NCBI GenBank assembly: GCA_963755025.1
Contig: CAVWIH010000034.1
Span: forward strand, 64,001 to 128,000
Direction: 5' to 3'
Source of the DNA: an uncultured Actinomycetes bacterium
Lineage (GTDB): Bacteria; Actinomycetota; Thermoleophilia; UBA2241
Length of the DNA: 64,000 nucleotides
Positions within the stretch are counted from its first letter, which is position 1, and each line of letters begins with the position of its first letter. Below, one piece after another: positions 43,879 to 53,777 of the stretch. The notes below the pieces were generated by a model, which did not search any database, was not told where the DNA came from, and was given only the letters and a program-made list of their open reading frames with translations. The position numbers were made by a program, and so were the translations under genes.

Positions 43879-44586
43879 CTAGCGTGAGCCCGCCGCGGCG
43901 ACGACCAGCCGCACGTTCAGCAGGGGCGTGCCGACGGCGCCCATGAAGCGCAGCCAGAGCGGCAGGTACATCTCCAGCCCCCGTGCGGCGGTGATGTCGC
44001 CGACGTCGGTGACCCGGGTCCAGCCGAGCCAGGTGTCGAGCACGTTGGCGCTCACCCAGGCCTTGGCCGCCGCGTCGTTGCCGGCGATGAACAGGTCGGT
44101 GTCTTCGCCCAGGCGTGCGGGATCGACCATCACGTCGACCGTCACCGTGTTCAGCGTCTTGACCACACGCGCGCCCGGGTAGGCCGCCTGAATGCGCTCG
44201 CCCAGCGAGTCGTCGTTGCAGAAGGCCAGGGCGGACGGCATGCCGTGCGAGAAGTCGAGCGGGTTGGAAAGGTCGAGGAGGATCTTGCCCTCGACGTCGC
44301 CGCGGTCGACGCTGCCCAGGGCGGCCAGCGAGGCGGTGCCCGCCGTGGCGTTGATCAGCAGCTCGCCGAACGCGGCGGCCTGGGCGAAGGTGCCGGCCGC
44401 GGCCTCGCGCCCCACGTCGAAATTGACGGTCGCCCAGGCGTCGGCCGACGGGATCACGCCGCGGGGGCCGAGGTCTTTGGGTACGTCGGGGTCGCGCGCG
44501 CTGATCATGACCGCCTGACCGACCGCCAGCAGCCGTTCGCCCAGCGTCTGGGCGACGAGCCCCGAGCCGATGATGCCGATGTTCAT
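43879..44586 (-). CDS. NADP oxidoreductase (F420-dependent NADP reductase-like)
   Basis: IGIIGSG, DLSNPL, SLGE.IQ...P.ARVVKTLNT, AGND; GGAGG SD. Confidence 0.85.
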   Translation of the reverse strand: MNIGIIGSGLVAQTLGERLLAVGQAVMISARDPDVPKDLGPRGVIPSADAWATVNFDVGREAAAGTFAQAAAFGELLINATAGTASLAALGSVDRGDVEGKILLDLSNPLDFSHGMPSALAFCNDDSLGERIQAAYPGARVVKTLNTVTVDVMVDPARLGEDTDLFIAGNDAAAKAWVSANVLDTWLGWTRVTDVGDITAARGLEMYLPLWLRFMGAVGTPLLNVRLVVAAAGSR

Positions 44587-44798
44587 GGCGCCCTCCGTGA
44601 CCGACTGAGAAGAACTCGCGGCGACCGGCGCCCGCGGGGGCATCGGCGCCCGACCCCCCGACTGTACCCGGAGCCCCCAGCGGCGCACGCCGTCGGGCGC
44701 CCGCGCCGCGCCGCGCCGGCGGGCGGCGGGTGATATCGTGGCCCCAGGTATCGGCAACCGCCGGGCGAGGCCCGGCCCGGCTAAGACGGGGCTCGTCC

Positions 44799-46043
44799 AT
44801 GACTCAGGCAGTAGAGCAGACCCTCGCCCACGGCATCGACCGCGCCGGCCTGCGCAGCTACGCCGACCTCGTGCTGCGCTGCGGCGTGAACCTCGAACGG
44901 GGTCAGAAGATCCTCATTACCGGCGACGTGCACCACGCCTACCTGATCGCCGCCCTGGTCGAGCGCGCCTACGCTAACGGGGCGAGCGCCGCCGAGACCC
45001 TGTACTTCGACGATCGCGTGCTGGCCGCCAAGGCCGGCGGCGCGCCCACCGACGCGCTCGCCGCCTGGGTGCCGGCCTGGTACGAGGCCGCCTACCAGAC
45101 CGTGATCGACGAGCGCTGGGCGCGCATCCGCACGCTCGGCGACCCCATCGACGACCCCTACGCCGGCGTGCCCGTCGGGCGCGCCACCGCGCTGCAGACG
45201 GCCGTCACCCTGCCGGCCTACCGCACGATCGACGCCCGCGTCAACTGGAACCTGTGCCCCTGCCCGACCCCGGCCTGGGCGCGGCGCATCTACGGCGAGC
45301 CCGACGTCGCGCGGCTGTGGCGCGACCTGCGCTACGCCGTGCGCTTGGACGAGGCCGACCCGGTGGCCGCCTGGAGCGCCCGCCACGACGAGCTGGCGCT
45401 GCGCGCCGCGCACCTCGACCAGGCGGGCTTTGTGGCGCTGCGCTTTCGGGGCGGGGGCACCGACCTCTTCGTGCCGCTGCACGGCGACGCCCACTGGCAG
45501 CCGGCCTGGCTGACCACGAGCTGGGGCCGCGAGTTCCTCTGTAACCTGCCCAGCGAGGAGATCTATGTGGCGCCCGACTTCAGGGGCGTGCAGGGCACCG
45601 CCGTCGCCACGCGGCCGGTCACGGTGAACGGTGTGCTGGTGAGCGGCCTCACGCTGCGCTTTGCCGACGGGCTTATCGTCGAGGTGAGCGCCGACAGCAA
45701 CGCCGACGCGGTGCGCGCCAGCCTCGACGAAGACGCCGGCGCGCGGCGGCTGGGCGAGGTGGCGCTGGTCGATGCATCGTCGCGCGTGGGCGAGCTCGAC
45801 ACCGTCTTCTTCGAGACGCTGCTCGACGAGAACGCCGCCTGCCACATCGCCTGGGGCGCCGCCATCCACGACTCGTTTTCCGACGACCTGCCCCAGGACG
45901 AAGCCGCCCTGACGGCGCGCGGCATCAACGAGTCGGCCGTCCACCAGGACGTCATGATCGGCGGCCCCGACGTGGCCGTGACCGGCATCAGCGCCGGCGG
46001 CGACGAGCGGCCGGTCCTGATCGGGCAGCGCTGGGAGATCTAG
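44799..46043 (+). CDS. M29 aminopeptidase (AmpS/AmpT family)
   Basis: NLPSEEIY, LGEVALV, LLDENAACHIAWG, NESAVHQDVMIG. Confidence 0.9.
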   Translation: MTQAVEQTLAHGIDRAGLRSYADLVLRCGVNLERGQKILITGDVHHAYLIAALVERAYANGASAAETLYFDDRVLAAKAGGAPTDALAAWVPAWYEAAYQTVIDERWARIRTLGDPIDDPYAGVPVGRATALQTAVTLPAYRTIDARVNWNLCPCPTPAWARRIYGEPDVARLWRDLRYAVRLDEADPVAAWSARHDELALRAAHLDQAGFVALRFRGGGTDLFVPLHGDAHWQPAWLTTSWGREFLCNLPSEEIYVAPDFRGVQGTAVATRPVTVNGVLVSGLTLRFADGLIVEVSADSNADAVRASLDEDAGARRLGEVALVDASSRVGELDTVFFETLLDENAACHIAWGAAIHDSFSDDLPQDEAALTARGINESAVHQDVMIGGPDVAVTGISAGGDERPVLIGQRWEI

Positions 46044-47941
46044 CCAGCGAGCTCGCCGAGCTCGGCAGGGTCGGGCGCGTCCTGGGCGCGGAACTGGGTG
46101 CGGTGCAGGTCGGCGTAGAGGCCGCCGGCGGCCAGCAGCTCGTCGTGGCGGCCGCGTTGCACGATGCGGCCGTCCTGCAGCACGAGGATCACGTCGGCGT
46201 CGCGCACCGTCGAGAGCCGGTGGGCGATGACCAGCGACGTGCGCCCGGTGAGCGCCGCCTTCAGGGCGTGCTGCACGGCGACCTCGGACTCCGAGTCGAG
46301 GTGCGCCGTGGCTTCGTCTAACACCACGATGTCGGGCGCCTTGAGCAGCAGCCGGGCGATCGCCAGACGCTGCTTCTCGCCGCCCGACAGGCGGTAACCG
46401 CGGTCGCCCACGACCGTGTCGAGACCGTCGGGCAGCGACTCGACGAGCGCCATGATCTGCGCGGCCCGCAGCACCTCGTCGACCTCGTCGGCGCTGGCGT
46501 CGGGCTTTGCGTAGAGCAGGTTGGCGCGGATCGTGTCGTGGAACAGGTGGACGTCCTGGGTGACCATGCCGATCACCTGGCGCAGCGAGTCGAAGCTCGC
46601 CTCGCGCACGTCGACCCCGTCGATGCGCACCGCGCCGGCGCGCACATCGTACAGGCGCGGCACGAGCTGGCTGATCGTCGTCTTGCCGGCTCCCGACGGA
46701 CCGACCAGGGCGATGAGCTGCCCCGGCTCGGCCGTGAAGCTCACATCGTGCAGCACCTCCTGGCCGGGCGTGTCGTTCAGCACCGCCACCGACTCGAGCG
46801 AGGCCAGCGAGACCTCGCTGCTCGTCGGGTAGGCGAAACGCACGTGGTCGAACTCTATGCGCGCCGGCCCGCGCGGCACGCTCGCGGCGCCGGGCTTCTC
46901 GACCACCATGGGCGGCAGGTCGAGGACCTCGAACACGCGGTCGAACGAGACCAGCGCGGTCATGAGGTCGACGTTGATGTTGGAGAGCGCGGTGAGCGGG
47001 CCGTAGAGCCGGTTGAGGTAGGCGGTGAGGGCCACGACCGTGCCCACGTCGAGCACGCCGCGGACCGCCAGCACGCCGCCCCAGCCGTACACCAGCGCCG
47101 TCGCCAGCGCCGCGGTGAGCAGCAGGGCGATGAAGAAGAAGCGCGCGTAGATAGACTGCACGATGTCGATGTCGCGCACGCGCGCCGCCTTGGCCTTGAA
47201 CTCGTCGCTCTCGGCGTCGGGGTGGCCAAAGAGCTTTACGAGCAGCGCGCCGGCCACGTTGAAGCGCTCGACCATGCCGTTGTTCATCTCGGCGGTGAGC
47301 TCGTAGCGCTCGCGCGTGATCGATTGCAGGCGGCGCCCCAGCCAGCGGGCGGGCAGCAGAAAGGCGGGCAGCAACGCCAGCGCCACGAGCGTGATCTGCC
47401 ACGACAGGAAGAACATGATGACGAGCACGATGGCCACGCTGATCAGGTTGCCGATCACGCTCGAGAGCACGTCGGTGAAGGCTTCCTGGGCGCCGGTGAC
47501 GTCGTTGTTCAGGCGGCTCACCAGGGCCCCGGTCTGCGTGCGCGTGAAGAAGGCGATGGGCATGCGCTGCACGTGGTCGAACACCTTGGTGCGCATGTCG
47601 TAGATCAGGTTCTCGCCGACCCGCGCGCTGATGAAGCGCTCGATCAGGGTGAGGCCGGCGTCGATGATCGCCAGCACGGCGACCAGCACGGCCAGCACGA
47701 CGATGAGCTCGGCGTCGTGGTGGTAGATGCCCTTGTTGATGATCTCGCGGTAGATCAGCGGGTTGGCGGCGCTCACCACCGCGTCGAGCACGACCAGCAC
47801 CAGAAAGACCGCCAGCAGGGCGCGGTAAGGGCGCACGAACGTGAGGATGCGGCGGGTCGTGCCCTTGGGCACCTTCTCGTGCTGGACCGACTGGTCACGG
47901 CGCAGCGAGCGCAGCGCCGTGAAGCCGCCGGGACCCATCAT
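46040..47941 (-). CDS. ABC exporter, fused permease/ATPase
   Basis: TM domain, GPSGAGKT, LSGGEKQR, LDEATAHLD, IAHRLST. Confidence 0.92.
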   Translation of the reverse strand: MMGPGGFTALRSLRRDQSVQHEKVPKGTTRRILTFVRPYRALLAVFLVLVVLDAVVSAANPLIYREIINKGIYHHDAELIVVLAVLVAVLAIIDAGLTLIERFISARVGENLIYDMRTKVFDHVQRMPIAFFTRTQTGALVSRLNNDVTGAQEAFTDVLSSVIGNLISVAIVLVIMFFLSWQITLVALALLPAFLLPARWLGRRLQSITRERYELTAEMNNGMVERFNVAGALLVKLFGHPDAESDEFKAKAARVRDIDIVQSIYARFFFIALLLTAALATALVYGWGGVLAVRGVLDVGTVVALTAYLNRLYGPLTALSNINVDLMTALVSFDRVFEVLDLPPMVVEKPGAASVPRGPARIEFDHVRFAYPTSSEVSLASLESVAVLNDTPGQEVLHDVSFTAEPGQLIALVGPSGAGKTTISQLVPRLYDVRAGAVRIDGVDVREASFDSLRQVIGMVTQDVHLFHDTIRANLLYAKPDASADEVDEVLRAAQIMALVESLPDGLDTVVGDRGYRLSGGEKQRLAIARLLLKAPDIVVLDEATAHLDSESEVAVQHALKAALTGRTSLVIAHRLSTVRDADVILVLQDGRIVQRGRHDELLAAGGLYADLHRTQFRAQDAPDPAELGELAG

Positions 47942-48474
47942 AAGGGCGCACCCGGGCGGCGCGGCGCCGCGTCGCGTTCGTTCAGGATGGCGAGGAGCCC
48001 GAGGAGCTGCTCGCACTGCGCGCCGTCGAGCCGCGCGAACAGCGCCTCGGCGCTCGCCCGGCGGGCACGACCCAGGCGCGCCAGCAGCTCATCGCCCGCG
48101 CCGGTGAGGCAGACCAGCACCGAGCGGCGGTCGAGGGGGTCGGGGCGCCGCTCGACCAGGCTCGCCGCCTCGAGGGCGTCGACCATGGCCGTGGCGGAGC
48201 GCGGCACGACTTCGAGGCGCACGGCGAGCTCGCCCATGCGCAAGGGCGCCTCGGCGCGCGAGAGCAGGCGCAGGGCGCGCGCCTGGCCGAACGTCAGCCC
48301 CAGGGGCTCGAGCTCGCCGCGCGCGGCGCGCCGCAGACGCCACGACGTGCAGGTCAGCAGCTCGCCGAGCTGGGCGACCAGGTCGGCGCCGGCGCCGGCG
48401 GCGGTCGCCGCGCCGTCGGACGCGCGGCCGGGGGTCGCCGCGTCGGGAATAGTCGGGTCTGTGGTCGCCGCCAT
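47938..48474 (-). CDS. MarR-family regulator
   Basis: LTFGQARAL...MGELA..LEVVPRSAT..VD.LE...DRR; AAGGAG SD. Confidence 0.88.
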   Translation of the reverse strand: MAATTDPTIPDAATPGRASDGAATAAGAGADLVAQLGELLTCTSWRLRRAARGELEPLGLTFGQARALRLLSRAEAPLRMGELAVRLEVVPRSATAMVDALEAASLVERRPDPLDRRSVLVCLTGAGDELLARLGRARRASAEALFARLDGAQCEQLLGLLAILNERDAAPRRPGAPL

Positions 48475-48731
48475 GGCTGCTCCTTGGGGCCCGCCGCCTC
48501 GTTCGAGTCGGCGCATAGCGTTGAGTCTACCACATAGTGATCGTCTCTCAACATCACGCGGCGAACGGTCGGGCGGCGCGCCCGTCGCAGTGCGCTCGCT
48601 GCGGTGCGCCGGCCGCGGTGCGCCGGCCGCGGTGCGCCCGGGCTGCGACGCGGCTAACGGGCCTGCCGCGTCCGCGGCGGGGAAGAGCCCTCGGTGACCC
48701 TGAAACACGCCCACGGATGGAGAGTCAGGCC

Positions 48732-49166
48732 ATGTCGACTGAGAACAACATCGAGGCCTATCGGCGCCTTACCGCGGCCTTTGCCAACGGCGACCTCACG
48801 GTCGTCGACGAGCTCGTCGCGCCCGAGATGGTGGAGCACCAGATCGGGTCGCTGGGCAACGGACCCGAGGCGCTCAAGCAGATGATCACCTACCTGCGCT
48901 CGTCGATGCCCGACCTGGAGGTGACGATCGACGACCTGGTGGCGGCCGACGACGAGGTCTGGTCGCGCGGCAAGTTCCGCGGCACGTTCAGCGGCGAGCT
49001 CATGGGGCGGGCGTTCCACAACGAGCCGATCGCCCTCGACGCGGTCGACGTCGTGCGCTTTCGCGACGGCAAGGTGGTCGAGCATTGGGGGGTCATCGAC
49101 CGCCTGCAGCAGCTCGAGCAGCTCGGCATCGTGCCGCAGACGCAACCGGAGCAGCGCGCCGCCTGA
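48732..49166 (+). CDS. SnoaL-like ester cyclase
   Basis: PDL.VTIDDLVA, GTFSGELMG, RFRDGKVVEHWG..D. Confidence 0.85.
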   Translation: MSTENNIEAYRRLTAAFANGDLTVVDELVAPEMVEHQIGSLGNGPEALKQMITYLRSSMPDLEVTIDDLVAADDEVWSRGKFRGTFSGELMGRAFHNEPIALDAVDVVRFRDGKVVEHWGVIDRLQQLEQLGIVPQTQPEQRAA

Positions 49167-49241
49167 GCGACGCCGGGCGTTCGAGCCGCGCCGCCTGAGC
49201 GACATCGGCGGCCGGGCTCGGCGGAGCGTGAGCGCCGGCCC

Positions 49242-50673
49242 TCACCCGTGGAGCCCGGCGGCTCCTTCGGCGACGGCCCGCCAGGTGGCGAGCCGGGTGG
49301 CGGCTTCGTCGGCCGAGACGCGCGGCTCAAAGCAGGCCGCTCGGACGCCAGTCGCCCACGGCGGCGGCCGGGTCGGCGCACTCCCCAGCGCCCAGGCGCG
49401 CGAAGGCGGCGACGCCCAGGGCGGTGGCGTGGGGCAGAGGATAGACCTCGACCGGCGCCTGCAGCAGGTCGGCCTGCAGTTGCATGAGCGTCGTCGAGCG
49501 CGCCAGGCCGCCGTCGACGCGCAGGCGCTCGAGTGGCCGCCCCAGGTCGGCGGCCGCCGCCTGGGCCAGAAAGGCGACCTGGGCGGCGATGCCCTCGCAG
49601 ACGGCGCGCACCAGGTGAGCGCGGTGCGTGCCCAGCGTGAGGCCCACGAAGGCGCCGCGCGCCTCGGGCTTCCAGAAGGGCGCGGCCAGCCCCGCGAGGC
49701 CCGGCACGAACACCGCCCCGCCGGTGGTCGTGACGCTGCCGCCGAGCGCATCGAGGTCGGACGGCCGCGCGATCAGCCCGACCTCTTGCAGCCAGCTCAC
49801 GGCGGCGCCCGCCGCGTAGACCTGGCCGTCGAGGCAGTACGTCGTCGCGGCGCCCAGCTTCCACGCCACGCAGCCCACCAGGCCGGAGCCCGAGCGCGTG
49901 GCCTTGGGACCCACCGTGGTCAGCAGAAAGGCGCCCGTGCCGAAGGTGCACTTGGCCTCGCCGGCCGCGTGGCAGCTCTCGGCGAACAGCGCGGCCTGCT
50001 GGTCGACGCAGGCGCCGGCGACCGGGATGGGCGCGCCGAACAGGCTGCTCTCGCCCACCACCGACGCGCAGGGAACGACCGCGGGCAGGTCGGCGGCGGC
50101 GATGCCGAAGGCGGCGCACGCCGCCGGCGACCAGGCCGCGGAGTCGAGGTCGAGCAGCATGGTGCGCGACGCGGTCGCGGCGTCGGTGACAAACGCGCCG
50201 CAGAGCCGGTGCAGCAGCCAGACGTCGGAGGTGGTCACGACGCCGGCGCGCGTGACGTGCTCGCGCAGCCACGTCATCTTGGGTCCCGCGAAGTAGGGGT
50301 CGAGCTTGAGCCCGGTGAGCGCCTCGAGCTCGTCGGCCCTCCCGGCGAGCGCGTCGGTCACCTCGACCGCGCGCCTGTCCTGCCAGACGATGGCCCGCGA
50401 CAGGGGCGCGCCGCTCGCCCGGTCCCAGGCGAGCACCGTCTCGCCCTGGTTGGCCAGGCCGATGGCGCCGACCGGCTCGCCGGCCCCGGCAAGGGCCGCG
50501 CGCGCCGCCGCGATGACGGATTGCCAGAGCGCCTCGGGGTCGTGCTCGACCCCGCCGTCGGTGGTGGCGACCGGCGCCACCTGGACTTCGGCTTCGGCGA
50601 GCACCTCGCGCCGCGGGCCGAAGACGAGCGCTTTGGTGCTCGAGGTGCCCTGGTCTATGGCGAGGGTGTTCAC
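49242..50673 (-). CDS. FGGY carbohydrate kinase (glycerol-kinase-like); apparent frameshift near 49335
   Basis: AIDQGTSSTK, NQGET, IVWQDRR, DQQAAL, KCTFGTGAF, VDGG. The expected C-terminus FEPR...W..AV lies in another frame. Confidence 0.85.
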
Positions 50674-50674
50674 G

Positions 50675-51175
50675 CTAGAGATCGACGCTGTCGGGCGCCT
50701 CTCGCGGGTCGCTGAACCAGTCGCGTTTGTCGAACTCGCCGTCGGTGATCGCGTCGAGCGGCATCTTGACGTAGCGGCCGCGCGCCTCGACGGCGACCGT
50801 ACCGTCGTCGAGCACGATCTCGCCGCTGCCCTCGAAGAGGCGCGAGGTGTCGCGGGTGATGCGGGCAAGGGCCCTGATGGTGCCGCCCAGGGGCACCGGT
50901 CGACGATAGCGCACGGTGAGCTCGGCGGTCACGCCCCAGGTGCCCGGGTGGGCGATGGTGATCGCGCGCCCGATGGTCTCGTCTAAGACCGCAGAGGAGA
51001 TGCCGCCGTGCAGGCGGCCGGGATAGCTCTGATGCTCGTTGCGCGCGTGAAAGACGCCCAGCAGCTCGCCGTCGTCGAGCTCGTAGAAGCTGCCGTGGAG
51101 CCCGTGAGGGTTCTCGTCGCCGCACACGAGGCACATGCGACTGATGTTCTGGGCGCTGCGCACTTTGCGTTCCAA
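50675..51175 (-). CDS. PaaI-family thioesterase
   Basis: CLVCG.ENPHGL, QSYPGRLHGG.....LDE, TAELTVRYRRPVP. Confidence 0.88.
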   Translation of the reverse strand: MERKVRSAQNISRMCLVCGDENPHGLHGSFYELDDGELLGVFHARNEHQSYPGRLHGGISSAVLDETIGRAITIAHPGTWGVTAELTVRYRRPVPLGGTIRALARITRDTSRLFEGSGEIVLDDGTVAVEARGRYVKMPLDAITDGEFDKRDWFSDPREAPDSVDL

Positions 51176-51292
51176 CTAAAAAGCGCTCCTCTCGCCTGCG
51201 GTGTCTGGCGTGGGGTCGCCGCACGACCGCGCCGACGATCGGCCCATCATATGGCACGAGGCCGCCCCGCCGCTCGGCGGAACGCGCAGGCG

Positions 51293-52006
51293 TCAGGGCT
51301 GGCGCGAGCCCGGGCCGGCGTGGCCGTCGGCGGCGTCGAACGACGGCATGACGCCTTCGAGCATGCGGTAGAGGATGCGGCAGGGGTTGGCGAGGTCGAG
51401 CGTGGGGTCGATGGCGGCCTGTATCGCGAGACCGTCGATCACCGCCGAGAGCAGCTGCGTGAGGCCCAGGAGGTCGGGGTCGTCGAGCGCTCCCGAAGGC
51501 TTGGCGACGCCCAGCCACTCGAGCTTGATGCTCCAGTACCAGCGGTAGAGCAGGGCGATGCGGCGCCGCAGCCCCTCGTCGCGCAGCACGTGGGGCAGCA
51601 TCTCGAAGAACACGCGGAACTCCTCGGCGGCGCCCGCCATGCGGCGCACCTCTTCGGCGAGCTGCTGGCCCCGCCGTTCGGGGCTCGCGTCTTTCATGCG
51701 GTTCTGCGAGGCGACGTACTCGTCGTGGATCACGGAGTCGAGCACGGCGGCCACAAGCCCGGCTTTGTTGCCGAAGTAGTAGGCGATCATCGCCTTGTTC
51801 TCGCCGGAGGCGGCGGAGACGGCGTTCAGGGTAAGGGCGTCGAAGCCGTGGGTCGCGATGAGGTGCTTGGCGGCCAGCAGCAGCTTCTGGGCGGTCTCGG
51901 GCAGCGCCGGCAGCGGGTCGTTGAACACGGCCTGCGGCCGCCGCACCACCTCGGGTGGTCTGGTCTCCGCGAGAGGCGGCTTGCCGCTGGCCCTTTCGGT
52001 CTTCAC
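51293..52006 (-). CDS. TetR family regulator
   Basis: LLLAAKHLIATHGF..LTL..V...SGENKAMIAYYFGNKAGL. Confidence 0.85.
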   Translation of the reverse strand: MKTERASGKPPLAETRPPEVVRRPQAVFNDPLPALPETAQKLLLAAKHLIATHGFDALTLNAVSAASGENKAMIAYYFGNKAGLVAAVLDSVIHDEYVASQNRMKDASPERRGQQLAEEVRRMAGAAEEFRVFFEMLPHVLRDEGLRRRIALLYRWYWSIKLEWLGVAKPSGALDDPDLLGLTQLLSAVIDGLAIQAAIDPTLDLANPCRILYRMLEGVMPSFDAADGHAGPGSRQP

Positions 52007-52028
52007 GATGCCCCCCCTGAGCTCCGTT

Positions 52029-52046
52029 GACTGACCGGTCGATTAG
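52029..52046. promoter_or_regulatory. Probable TetR operator (copy 1)
   Basis: GACTGACCGGTCGATTAG; its reverse complement matches 53636-53653 at 15/18. Confidence 0.6.
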
Positions 52047-52155
52047 CTCCGTGCAGAATCCTATCAGACGCGTCAACGGGCCCAGGAGCTCGCCGCAGCT
52101 CGTCGCCGGGGCGCGACCGGCTGCGCTATGCTTGGCGCGAACCACCGGAGGGCGC

Positions 52156-53514
52156 GTGAGAACCATCGAAGAAGGGGCCAGGACGACCCCCGTCCTGGGC
52201 GAGACCGACGTGCTGGTCGTGGGCGGCGGGCCCGGCGGCCTGGCGGCCGCCGTGAGCGCCGCGCGCGAGGGCGCGCACACGATGCTCCTCGACCGCTACG
52301 GCTGCTTTGGCGGCGTCATCACCCAGGTCGGCATCGAGAGCGTCGCCTGGTACCGGCACGAGGGCACGACCGATCTCGAGGGCATCGGCATCGAGTTCGA
52401 GCAGCGCGCCAAGGCCTTCGGCGGCACACAGGCCGAGTGCCAGTCGTGCAGCGAGGCCCTCGATCCCGAGCTCTTCAAGTGCGTCGCCGACGAGCTGGTG
52501 CGCGAGGCCGGCGTGCGGCCGCTGCTGCACTGCCTCGCGGTCGCCCCCATCGTCGCCGACGGCGCCATCGGCGGGGTCGTGGTCGAGAGCAAGTCGGGGC
52601 GGCAGGCGGTGCTCGCGAGGCGCGTGATCGACGCCACCGGCGACGCCGACATCGCGTACCGCGCCGGGGCGCCGTGCCGCACGACGCCGGTGGCCGAGAT
52701 GATGGGCGTGAGCGTCGTCTTCTCGTGCTCCGGCGTCGACCGCGCGCGCTTCTTCGACTACGTCGCCGAGTGCGCGCCCACCTACAAGGACTGGACCGCG
52801 GGCTGGCGTATGGAGACGAGCGGCAAAGAAGACGATCTCTTCAGCCCCTTCCTGCAGGAGCCGTTCGACCTGGCGCGCGCCGCCGGCATCATCCCCGAGA
52901 GCATCACGAGCATCGGCGGCACCTGGAGCCGCATCTCCGACTCCGGCGAGGCCACCGGCCTCAACCTGGTGTATCTGTCGGGCTACGACTGCACCGACGT
53001 GGCCGACCTCACCCGCGCCGAGATCGAGGGCCGCCGCCAGGTGCTGCTCGCCATCGAAGCCCTGCGGCGCTTCGCCCCGGGCTTCGCCAACGCACGCCTG
53101 CGCAACTTCGGCATGACCCTCGGCACGCGCGACTCACGCAAGATCCGCGGCCGCTACGAGCTCACCGGGCACGATGTGCGCGGCGAGGCGCGGTTCCCCG
53201 ACTCGGTCGGCATCTTCCCCGAGTTCATCGACGGCTACGGCGCCCTCGTGCTGCCCACCACGGGGCGCTACTTTCAGGTGCCCTACGGCGTGCTCGTGCC
53301 GCAGGGGGTCGAGAACCTGCTGGTCGCCGGACGCTGCGTGGCGGGCGACCGTGTCGCGCACGCGGCCACGCGCAGCCAGATGTGCTGCGCCGTGACCGGG
53401 CAGGCTGCCGGCGCCGCCGCCGCGCTCTCGCTGCGCGACGGCACGACCACCGCCGGCGTCGACGTGGCCGGCCTGCAGTCCACGCTCGCGCGCCAAGGGG
53501 TCCGGCTCTTCTAG
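52156..53514 (+). CDS. FAD-dependent oxidoreductase (FAD_oxidored family)
   Basis: DVLVVGGGPGG, IDATGDAD, GTRDSR, VPY..LVP..VENLLVAGRC, TGQAAG; GGAGG SD. Confidence 0.88.
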   Translation: MRTIEEGARTTPVLGETDVLVVGGGPGGLAAAVSAAREGAHTMLLDRYGCFGGVITQVGIESVAWYRHEGTTDLEGIGIEFEQRAKAFGGTQAECQSCSEALDPELFKCVADELVREAGVRPLLHCLAVAPIVADGAIGGVVVESKSGRQAVLARRVIDATGDADIAYRAGAPCRTTPVAEMMGVSVVFSCSGVDRARFFDYVAECAPTYKDWTAGWRMETSGKEDDLFSPFLQEPFDLARAAGIIPESITSIGGTWSRISDSGEATGLNLVYLSGYDCTDVADLTRAEIEGRRQVLLAIEALRRFAPGFANARLRNFGMTLGTRDSRKIRGRYELTGHDVRGEARFPDSVGIFPEFIDGYGALVLPTTGRYFQVPYGVLVPQGVENLLVAGRCVAGDRVAHAATRSQMCCAVTGQAAGAAAALSLRDGTTTAGVDVAGLQSTLARQGVRLF

Positions 53515-53635
53515 GGGACGGTATCGACGCGCGACGGCGGCGCACATGTAACAGATTGCGCGCTTGTAATTAGCAGTTCATGCTGACGGATGGGCCACTT
53601 TTAGAATTAATCGACGACGTCACGGGGTCTGCGGA

Positions 53636-53686
53636 CTAATTAACCGGTCAATCTCTCTTGCCATACCGTGAAACAGCTTGTATGGT
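53636..53686 (+). promoter_or_regulatory. Probable TetR operator (copy 2) next to a sigma70-like promoter of the ABC importer operon
   Basis: CTAATTAACCGGTCAATC followed by TTGCCA-N17-TATGGT. Confidence 0.6.
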
Positions 53687-53777
53687 GCGACAAATGTGGT
53701 TAGGGCCGGAGGAGTCGTGCCGGCGCCGCGCCAGTCCGGTCCGCGTCGCGGGTCTGAGCTCAGGGGGAGTATCGAAC

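Noticed and set aside
49155-49203. 17-bp direct repeat CGCGCCGCCTGAGCGAC as a target-site duplication
   Set aside because: The copies are only ~32 bp apart with no element between them; most likely a local duplication of the gene end.
50051-50060. attR-like copy of the tRNA-Val 3' end (TCGCCCACCA)
   Set aside because: Only 10 bp, inside the FGGY kinase coding sequence, with no integrase; expected by chance.
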